From assembly GCA_951406725.2 (NCBI GenBank), contig OX597817.1, positions 44,020,001-44,084,000 of the forward strand: a stretch of DNA of 64,000 bases, read 5' to 3'. Positions 54,403-64,000 of this stretch are shown in pieces (within the stretch, counting starts at the first letter, position 1; each line of letters opens with the position of its first letter). The position numbers were made by a program, and so were the translations under genes. The notes under the pieces are model-generated. The model did no database searches and was not told the origin of the DNA. It worked only from the letters and a program-made list of their open reading frames with translations. Origin of the DNA: Octopus vulgaris. Lineage: Eukaryota.

Positions 54403-57400
54403 TATATACATATATACACATATATATATACACATATATACATGCACACACACACACACGCACACACACACACACACATATATAGCTTCGCTTACTTACA
54501 TAGATACATCCTCTCGCACACACTCATGTACGCTCACTCGCGTTTGCGTTGGAGTGTGTGTGTGTGTATGTGTGTGTGTGTAAAAGCGTGCTTATCGATA
54601 CGTGTAAAGCGTTTACGTCAAGGTACTGAAATTTTGCATATAAGTACATATTGTATGTCAAGGATAAAGCGGTTTTGTCATGAATAATTATTAGTTTGCA
54701 GGAGCCCCCTTCCTTATTTTCCTTCTCTTGCAAATATGAATCGATAGATAATTGCTAAATCCTATTTCAAAGGGCCACTATTGCACATGGAAATCAAATG
54801 TTTACAAAGAGGAAACCGAACAAGTCATTATTTTCATATACATTAGCAACTAATGGCTTTTTTTTTTCCTGTTTCTATTTTCATTGTCTCGGCCTTTGGT
54901 TGTTGAAATGCTTTGCCGCTTTACTTGAAAACAATGATAGAATTAGCAGTCTGTTACTAATTTTGATGTTTTTTATGCGTCTCAGTTAAAATATATTGTT
55001 ATTTGGTAACAACCGTCTGAATAAATGCATTCGATTTATATGCATTTTAAGAAAATATATCTAACATAACGTAGCACAACGGGAGATGATATATTTCATT
55101 CGTTCACAACTACTATCATTCTTCATATCCGGCCTTTATTATCTTGGTTTTATGCATTCGACATTTACTAACATTGTAACACTTCTCTTTTACTTCCAGC
55201 CGCTATTTCTCATCATTGCTCTGCTCTTTGACCTACCACCATTCTTTCTGTCTGGTCATATTCCCTTTCACCTTTCTTATACTCTTCATTTTTATATACA
55301 ACTTTCCAGCATACTGGTCCTTATCGAATTATTCTCTTTTCTATACGACATACAAACGTATTCTATTCTCTGAACTATATTGATTTGTGCAGACGTAGAC
55401 TATCACTAGTTTCTTCGGACTCCGGTGATTTATATTGAATTCACTACCATATTTTATACATTCAGACACAACTACCATAGTTCCAGTTCCATATATTATG
55501 TATTTACTACATGGTTCTATACGTATATTCTGTCATTTGTAGAACCATTCCACATCCGTGGCTATTACTTTCAAGGTTTTATATACTTGGTAATTAATAT
55601 CATAGTTCCATTATTCTGTCAGCACTATCACTCTATCTCTCTGCTTTATTGTACACTGTATCTGTGCTGTACAAATAGGCTATTAGTGGCATTAATCAAT
55701 CAATCATTCTTTTAGTATATCATGTGTTAATTGTGAAATAGTCAAATGTTTAACCCTTCAAAGTCAATGAATGATCAATTCTGTTGACGCTGGTGAGTTA
55801 GAGATACGATTAGTGACTATTATGCTTATCTCAAAAGCATTAGCGATATAAATATGATAAAATATAGCTTCAAGTATGAATGGAAACCCAGTTATAGAAG
55901 CGACAGCTCCCAGTTTCCGATTCTATGATTATAATATGCGAAATTCCATTGCTATGCACCGTAAAAGATCATAATCTACTTATTTCGTGTTAGTCTTCCG
56001 AGTAACAAAATAAAAAACAAAAAAACCCTCTCAGTTGTTTTCTTCACGCTTCAGAGCTTTCCCCCCAGAATCTGTAACTGCACCACGCGTTTTTGTTTTA
56101 ACGAAACTCACAAATACATTAAACTGACTCTTGAACGCAGAAAGTGATCCGTTAAACTCTTTAATTCGATATTTTCTCTTTTCCTGATTATAAAGATGAA
56201 AAGTTAGCCTTTGAAAATTACATGTTCACTTCGCCAATTTTCTCTACAACTTAACATCATAAGAGTGTCCTTTCCTCAAATAAACGCAATTTCCAATTTC
56301 GTAGATGGAAGAATAACTACTTCCAACTTACCGGAACACCATTATAGAAATAAAAGAAAATTAACCTACAAAATAATTGATAGATTTCTACACATTTACG
56401 AGGATACTATTACGGAAATAAAAGAAAATTAGTGTAAAAATTATTGAAAGCTTACACACATTGACAAGTGGTTGAGAGAAGGTAGTAGAAATTTGTAATG
56501 ATTCTTGAATTTGACACAGATCAAAGCAAGATTGAAGGAATGGACCAGGTTAGTTGGATTCTATGTCTTTCTCTCTGTCTCTCTCTCTTTATCTCTCTCT
56601 CTCTTTATCTGTTTCTCTCCCTCTCTTCCTCTCTGTATATCTCTCCCTCTCTCAAGCATATTCACAGAAATTGATCAATTTCCTAAACTCAGGAACTAAA
56701 GAAATAATTGTAAGGCTATTTTCCTTAATAAAATAGTTGAGCGTATTTTCGATAAACTAATGGTTTATATATTGATTCATTGATTCTACAGAATTAAATC
56801 CTTTAATGCTATGAGTAGGTGAAGTAAATGTAAATTGAGATACGAACTGCTTTCTCAGTTTTCCTATAAAATAGGTTACCAGTTCAGTATATTATTTCCT
56901 AGCAGTTGTAGCATATCCCTTTCTGCCAGTTATATGGTCATTCATGTTTATGGAATGTGTGTCTTCTCGACATAAAAGTTAATGGAGATTATAAACTAAA
57001 GAAATGACAGTAGTTTCGTGATTTAAAGAGATAATATTTGACTACAAAAATTTATACAACCTTTTAAACTATTTTTATTTTCGTTTAAAAGAATTTTTCA
57101 ATTGTGTCATGTTGAAATTGAATAAACAATGTCGCGAACTAATAACGCTATTTTTTATTTAACAATGAAGAAAACCACATTTTCAACAAAATTATTATCA
57201 TGAAAATATCATAAACCCTTTCTGTTTTATTTCTCTAAATTATAATGACTTCGTAATTTTCCGTTTAGACAATTCAAAAAAGAAAATACTAACTGAAAGA
57301 TTCGCATCGTAGAACATAATTACATTTTAACAACTTTTACAAAAATATTGCTTCAACAATCAGTACCAAGTATGCCACTAACACACCGAGTACTGAGACC

Positions 57401-57831
57401 AGTTTTTAATCTAATTTCTGTTATAATCTCAAACTAAAAATTATGCTCTCATTCTAATAGGCAGTTGTTACTGTCCCAAGACAGTTTTTGTTCATAAATG
57501 ACAGCAATTTTTGTAAAATATAAACTAAAGCTATTCCATCGAATTTTAAGAGGAATTAGTTGAAGAATGATTTGAAAAGCTATTTTAAGAATATGCTTTT
57601 AATTGTACACCCTAGATAATTGATATAAAAATTTTGGAATTTACAGGACCATAATATTGTAAGAACATTTAATTACTTCTTAAAAATGTTTACAAGAATA
57701 AAGGTTTCCTTAAAATTGAGGAGAAATAAGTGTTTGACGATTAACACATTGATTTTATAACTTACTAAGACATCTGTGACTATAAAATCCATCATAATTA
57801 TCTTCTTGAGCAAATGAAATATACTTCTTGA

Positions 57832-57873
<42 letters not shown>

Positions 57874-57879
57874 ACATTT

Positions 57880-58225
57880 AAACTTTCACTCGTTTCAGTC
57901 CTTGGATGTACGGCCATGCTCGGGTACCGCATTGAAGGGTTACTCACGGAAATCGACCCCGGTACTTGTATTTTATTGCTTGGTATTTGTTCTGTTGGTC
58001 TCTTTTGTCAAACCACTAAGTTACGGGGACGTAAGCAAGCTAACATCGGTTGTCAAGCGTTGATAGGACACAAAAACACAGAAAATACATACATACATAT
58101 ACACAACAGTTGTCTTTCAGTTCTCTTTACCAAATCCACACACAAAGTTTTGGTCAGCCCGGGGCTATAGTAGATGATACTTGCCCAAGATGCTAGGCAC
58201 CAGGACTGAACTTGGAACTATGAGG
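57880..58225 (-). mobile_element. SINE (family of 21225/38200)
   Basis: cactcgtttcagtc...ctaagttacggggacgtaa...tacttgcccaag. Confidence 0.75.
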
Positions 58226-58605
58226 CTGACACGTAAATTTCATGTTTGTATATATAATTTCGATTATTTATATAATACTATAGTTTCATGACTGTCAACT
58301 TACGTTCTTACCAAAAGGTTAGCCATTGCTCAAGTAGCAAAGCGCCCTGTGCATACTTTTCTACACAGCTATGTCTGTTGATTGCTAAATTTGCCTTTAC
58401 ATTTTTTTCGGCATTAAACCATTTGATATTAAGTTGGCTGTTATGAGTATTTGATATTATATAAATAATAATAAATCTTCTCTATTACCTAATTTGTGAG
58501 TGCCAGTTCTTTTCTGACTCATGAAAAATGAGACAACTAGAAACTCACACACGTATAGGAATAAAACGGTTTTGATTGTGCAGATTAGTAATAATAATAA
58601 GACTT

Positions 58606-58961
58606 TGTTGTATTTAGGAATGGTCATTTTGCCAGTTTAGCCAAAAAAAACCAAAAAACACACGCACTGTATATATGGTGTTAATTTGCTTCAGCTTTAT
58701 TTATTTTTTACATTAATCTTAATCTTATTTCGGCCAGAGTTCTTTCGTCACACTTCTGTGACCTCATCAGTGGTCCTTTGCTTTCTTCACACAAATAAAA
58801 AAGAAGAAAGCAAAGGACCACTGATGAGGTCACAGAAGTGTAACGAAATAAGATTAAGATTAATGTAAAAAATAATAAAGCTGAAGCAAATTAACACCAA
58901 ATATATAGTGCGTGTATTTTTATTGACTAAACTGGCAAAATGACCATTCCTAAATATAACA
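58606..58961. repeat. Fold-back inverted repeat with ~170-bp arms containing a hammerhead motif; short tail
   Basis: tatttaggaatggtcattttgccagtttag pairs with ctaaactggcaaaatgaccattcctaaata. Confidence 0.92.
58732..58776 (-). ncRNA. Minimal type I hammerhead ribozyme motif on the neurexin sense strand
   Basis: GGACCA-CUGAUGA-G-GUCACA(GAAG)UGUGAC-GAAA-GAAC-UC/UGGCC. Confidence 0.68.
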
Positions 58962-59022
58962 TCTGTTTCAACACACGATTTCACATCAAGAATCTTGCAA
59001 AACAATATATAAACGTAATAAT

Positions 59023-59680
59023 AAGAAATGAAGGAATTGTTCCTTAGTTTGTTGATATACAGATATAGAAAGTTTAAAAATTTTTCGAGATGAAATGAAA
59101 TGGAATGAAATGACGCAAAACGAGGTAAAATAAATAAAATATTCGTTTTTAGTTTAAAGAATTTGTATCACGCTTAGGAGTGCTTGTGCCTTTACAAAAT
59201 AGAGGAAGTAGGTTTATATGAGGGATGGGATGGTACGAATTGAATAGCGCAAAACACTCACTTGACATTTTAAGGCTAACTATGATAGCGGTGTCAATCG
59301 TCGTGCTCATTCTACTGCTTGCGTATTGGTGTTCACTGATGACCGAACATCAGAGAGAACATAATAATACACACTATCGTAGTTAGCCTTAAAATGTCAC
59401 GTGACTGCATCGCTCTATTCAATTCGCGTCACACCATCACAGCTTTCATATGAATTTACTTTTCTGTATATAAAGGAAATTAAACTTCTCCCTTTGGTAG
59501 AGGTAGAAGCCTTGTCAAGCGCTAGAAAAATCTTAAATGTAATGACGTAAATATTTTATTTTATTTTATTTTGTTTCACTTCATTTCATTTCATTTCAGT
59601 TCATTTCCTGACAAAATTTAGACTTTCTCTACCTGTATATAAATAAACAAATAAACTAGGGAACAATTTCTTCCTTTCTT
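59023..59680. repeat. Diverged ~660-bp fold-back element
   Basis: tgacattttaaggctaacta pairs with tagttagccttaaaatgtca; (gaaat)n pairs with (atttc)n; aattgttcc pairs with ggaacaatt. Confidence 0.85.
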
Positions 59681-59715
59681 CTGAGTAAATTCATAACACA
59701 CACACACGCACACGC

Positions 59716-59753
<38 letters not shown>

Positions 59754-60019
59754 GCTTATGTGCGTGATTATATGTATGCATTCACGTACACACGTAAGAC
59801 ACACACATATACATGCACTCATACAAAAATGCACAATGTATTATTAGTAAACATGCACACCACGTCAATTTGAGACGTATGCATACATGTGTATAAGTAG
59901 GCACACACACACTACGTCATGCATACACACTTATGTGCGTTTGAGTTTATAAACTAAAAAATGTACGGAGTACAAAAGTAGAGACTAAATCGTAATTTTT
60001 TATATATCTGAGATCTGAG

Positions 60020-60357
60020 ACCCCCTTCGGTCACGACACAGACCATGGAATTGCACCTAGAAAGTTACCCTGCCAGGTACAAGTCCGGGCTTGGTTGTTT
60101 ATGGAAGACCAGCAGTCGCCCATGCATACCGGCCTCCCCTCTCCACGCCACCCGTGTTATCCAAGGGAAAGGCAAAGGGGCCGATACAGCTTGGCACCTG
60201 TGACGTTGCAACTCATTTCTATAGCTGAGTGAACTGGAGCAACGTGAAATAAAGTGTCTTGCTCAAGAACACAACACGCAGCCCGGTCCAGGATTCGAGC
60301 TCACAACCTCCCGATCGTAAGCTCGGCGCTCTAACCACTGAGCCACGCGCCTTCACT
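60020..60357 (-). mobile_element. tRNA-derived SINE, near full length
   Basis: Minus-strand head gaaggcgcgtggctcagtggttagagcgccgagcttacgatcgggaggttgtgagctcgaatcc; tatatctgaga on both sides may be a target-site duplication. Confidence 0.85.
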
Positions 60358-60582
60358 ATATCTGAGATAACTGTGAATTATTAGTCTTGCGTTTACCACT
60401 GATCGCGTAGCTAATATTATGATAGGCAGGGTACGATATTTATAACATAAAATATAAGTGATAAGCCATTGGATGGTAAATAGGCCAACTCAAAAATAAT
60501 TATAAAAATATATATATAAGACAAATATACATAAATATAGAGGGGAAAATAAAAACAGTACATGAATATATATGCATATGTG

Positions 60583-60799
60583 ACGAAGGGGTACCAAAAA
60601 ATTCCTGGCTAGGGGTAAAAGAAAATACAGGAGGATCAATTAGTTATAATTTTATTCAACAGATTTATTCTCAGATTCACACACTTATTGCAACAGTCCT
60701 TCAGTTTTCTGAGCTCTATGAAAGAACTCTGAAATTTGGGTCTCTAGCCAGGCCTTTCGTGACACCCTTAAAGCCAGAAACTTTTCAGTACCCCTTCGT
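60583..60799. mobile_element. Mariner-type MITE
   Basis: TIRs acgaaggggtaccaaaaaattcctggct / agccagaaacttttcagtaccccttcgt. Confidence 0.75.
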
Positions 60800-61677
60800 T
60801 TGCATGTATTTATCCATGCATTTATGTATGTGTTTGTGTGTGTGCCAAGAATGAAAGAAGATGCAAAGTGTAGCAATAGTAAACATGCGTACAGTATTAT
60901 CTCAGTATGTGACGCATACAAAGATTTGCACACATTTGAAAGTGAAACAATGCAATTTAATAAAATTATGTTTTATTGTTTTTTTTCCCTTTGAATTTTC
61001 GATCGGAAACATCCTTTTAAAAAGCAAAGCTAGAGCTACATGGAGAGAAAGAGAGAGACGAAAGAACATTATGAATATAAACGATTTGACACACATCTTC
61101 AATAAGCTTCAATAAGCAGCAGCACGTAAAAAAAAAAACTCATCCCCCTCCATTAAGAGAAGTCGTCAAATCAATGGCATATATTCGGAGGAGACAAATG
61201 CAGTGGAATGAGGAAACAAATATAATATATACCTTGAATTTATGAAAAATGTTTGAAGTCGATTTGAAGCATTACGACATAACAAACTTTTATTGTTTGT
61301 TTTTCTTAAATTTTAAATCTAAAATATCGTTTTCATATATATATGTTCGATTTAGATAGATAGTTACAGATATACGTCCACACGTATAATTGTCTCCTTG
61401 TCCGTATGTCTATCAATTTATCTACCTCTCTTCAACACACACGTGCGTGTGCATGTTTGTCGATGTATACATATATAAATGTTTGTAATAAAACACATAT
61501 ATACATGCTCACACATTTGTATGTGTGTATATTTTAGGTGTGCGCATGTACATGCTTATTACTGAGGATCTCTCACGGGAAAGCACATTCTTATGACCAC
61601 ATCCCAATGACTAGCTCTACTGTTTTGGGATATATGATATTTTAGCCCCTTACAAGTGTTGACACTTTACAAGGTTT

Positions 61678-62103
61678 GGATCTTTTCGGTTTGAACGGCA
61701 ATTTTTAACATAATTTCTAGGTAACTAAAAAATTTTAAACTTCGTATACTTGTAGAATGTGTTTATAAAGCATCTTTTTCTCTTGGCTTTATTGAGAAAA
61801 TTCTATAGTTTGTAAGATATTTGTTGTTTTTTTTCTTCAATTTCTGCAATTTCAACCAATCAGTGACGTCTATTGAGTTAAAAAGCATTCTGTGCCGTAT
61901 GAATATGTCCCCCGTTTAAGAAACAGATTGGGTTTATTTACATTTGTGAAGAAAAAAAGATACCCTTCCCCCACCCCTAACCCTAACTAACCCTAACCCT
62001 AAAAGAGATTGAAATACAATAGATCGATTCTAGGGTCATAATTATGGGTGACAATTTCATATGACACCGCTAGAAAAAACTGCCGTTCAAACCGAAAAGA
62101 TCC
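61678..62103. mobile_element. MITE with 23-bp perfect TIRs, GG...CC ends and an 8-bp TSD (Merlin-like)
   Basis: caaggttt|ggatcttttcggtttgaacggca...tgccgttcaaaccgaaaagatcc|caaggttt; internal (CCCTAA)n. Confidence 0.85.
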
Positions 62104-62839
62104 CAAGGTTTTAGTAAAATCCTAAATGGATTTCTGCGTCCACACTTACAACGGTGTTGCTGTTGCCCACATCTGCATGTTTGAACAATAACCGGAGACC
62201 CATTCCGTTGAGGAGCATTCCATCACGAACAGACACTCCTACCTTTGACTCACAAGCGGACTCTCGCTTCTCTGTCTATTCTATCGATACTCTAATGGCT
62301 TCTGTTCCTGGAAACGGTCAGGTGTCGTTCTTTTACCACTCAGCTTTCCAACTCTTGTCACTTTTGTTACTTTCAACACTCATTTTCCCAGCCTTAATCA
62401 TTATGTTCAATCATTCAATCCTTCCTAGTGAGCTGACCGTCTCTCAGGAATCTCCTCCTTCATATCCTTTTGGCTGGTGCTGAATTGTTACAAGTTGAAA
62501 CAAAACATTAACGTCACCAATCTTGCCAGTCTCGGAGGACCTAAATACCTCATGGATTCTGGCCCTTTCCTCTACTTTTACGAGTTACAAAAATAGTTGA
62601 ATGAGTGCATAAAATGGGATTGTGTGTAGGCGTATTGCGAGCGCGTACGTACGTACGTACGTACGTATGTATGTATGTACGTGTGTGTGTATGTATGTAT
62701 GTATGTATGTATGTATGTATGTATGTACGTGTGTATGTATGTATGTATGTATGTATGTATGTATGTATGTATGTATGTATGTATGTATGTATGTATGTAT
62801 GTATGTATGTATGTGTGTACGTGTGTATGTATGTATGTT

Positions 62840-62870
<31 letters not shown>

Positions 62871-62872
62871 GC

Positions 62873-62908
<36 letters not shown>

Positions 62909-63178
62909 ATGTATGTATGTATGTATGTATGTTTATATGTATGTATGTACGTTTGCGTGTAAATACCATTGCGAAAGTGTAAGTAGTAGTAGAGTGTAAT
63001 CCCAGCGTTACAATAAAGAGACACACGCAGGCGCGCACGCACACACACATACACACAGACACATACAAATATATGTATATTTATACGTATGTGTAAAATT
63101 AATCACTTCAACTATAATTTCTGAAAATCATCCATGCGTCAAGAAATCGTTATAAATATCATATAGAGTATAACTTAC

Positions 63179-63899
63179 CGATCTGACAAAAGTCACCAAT
63201 GTAACTGGTCCCTGTACATTCACAGACAACACGTTTATCCGTTGTAAGGCAGGTACCGCCGTTGAGACAAGGGTCATTCTCTAAACAAAGGTCCTTCTCC
63301 GTACCTCGTATGCCACTTTCTTCTAACCTTAAGGGTGCTTCCATTGGCCCTCCACAATTACTGTATAATACTTTCTGTATCGATCCTCGGAACTGGGGTT
63401 CAAATATCACTGATGGTAAAGCCAGTCTATCCAGTTTTGCTCCATATTCCATTGGCATACCCCCTATAAACACAAAACTCTCTTTGTTTTCTTCTTCTCT
63501 TACGATATCATAAGGTTTTGTCTCCATCGTTTCAGCTATGTTGTTAACGACTAAATTGGTTTGCGCTTTAGCTCTTTGAATTTCTACTGTGTGCCACTGC
63601 ATGTTGTTCAATCGTTGACCTACAGACATAATCATGGCACCACCTCCTAAGTCGAAACGCAACTTCAAAGTGCCGTCAACAAGTTTTAGCTCCATGAAGT
63701 CATAGTCCTCTCCACCGTCTGTATACATTAATAATGCATCTCCGCGGTCTGTCTTGAATTGAAAAGTCAGAGTGCCATTGTCACAAGGCTCCCATTTTGT
63801 GAACTTAGCGTATGAAGGTTTCGATCCCTGAAGATCAAAAGCCACGCATAATGTGATGGCACTCAGCGAAAGTAACATCCATATAGGATGGGGTCCCAT
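63179..63899 (-). CDS. NRXN: alpha-neurexin first coding exon: signal peptide + LNS1 (laminin G) + EGF1
   Basis: ATG at 63899 gives MGPHPIWMLLSLSAITLCVAF (hydrophobic leader), then YAKFTKWEPC..TFQFKT..LLMYTDGG..RLNNMQWHTVEI..FVFIGG (LNS) and CLENDPCLNGGTCLTTDKRVVCECTGTSYIGDFC (EGF). The exon ends ATC G|gtaagt (phase 1). It matches the recalled neurexin N-terminal architecture. Confidence 0.93.
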
Positions 63900-64000
63900 T
63901 TTGAACTGGGAGAACAAAAGTGTTAGGAATGGAATGATGAAATTTTGGGTAGAACACAGAGACAAAAACAATTTGGCTTCCCCGATTTTATTACGGTAGC

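Noticed and set aside
783-59010. Hypothesis that all hammerheads are antisense to neurexin because of selection
   Set aside because: Several motifs (3095, 33606, 37528, 44373, 58732) are on the sense strand and the sample is too small; only the tails of the fold-backs share an orientation
54240-60357. tRNA-like sequences with A and B boxes
   Set aside because: They are SINE heads continuing into shared SINE bodies, without a complete cloverleaf
61975-62002. (CCCTAA)n as a telomere or chromosome fusion scar
   Set aside because: Only about four units, internal to a TIR element with a TSD
1772-63068. Dozens of ORFs rich in YI, HT, CV, MY or RE repeats
   Set aside because: They are translations of (TA)n, (CA)n, (TATG)n and (GA)n microsatellites that lack stop codons; not proteins
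63262-63513. 83-aa plus-strand ORF
   Set aside because: Antisense shadow of the neurexin exon
63159-63971. ORF-track limits for the neurexin exon (270 aa)
   Set aside because: The track starts at a non-ATG codon 24 codons upstream and reads through the donor; the supported CDS is ATG 63899 to the donor after 63179

Overview
AT-rich, microsatellite- and SINE-dense animal genomic DNA; the repeat landscape resembles an octopus genome, which is an inference. Almost the whole window is intronic sequence of a minus-strand alpha-neurexin gene. Three coding exons splice in frame: 63899-63179 (signal peptide, LNS1, EGF1), 20715-20569 and 9999-9839 (both LNS2), separated by introns of about 42.5 kb and 10.6 kb. 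The introns hold many tRNA-type SINEs, decayed LINEs (RTE, R4/Dong), Tc1/mariner, hAT-like, Merlin-like and Helitron-like remnants. Three observations stand out. (1) There is a recurring class of fold-back (hairpin plus tail) inserts, mostly in (TA)n tracts, several carrying minimal type I hammerhead ribozyme motifs; three have intact cores, one of them inside a near-perfect 456-bp palindrome. This fits Penelope-like pLTR or retrozyme remnants. (2) CpG decay switches sharply at about 28 kb, inside a single intron. (3) At that boundary lies a duplicated CpG-rich block with three NRF1-like motifs and a 63-codon ORF whose GTGAGT donor would splice in frame onto the first LNS2 exon, a candidate internal promoter and short neurexin isoform. 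All alignments and folds were done by eye and none has been computed.
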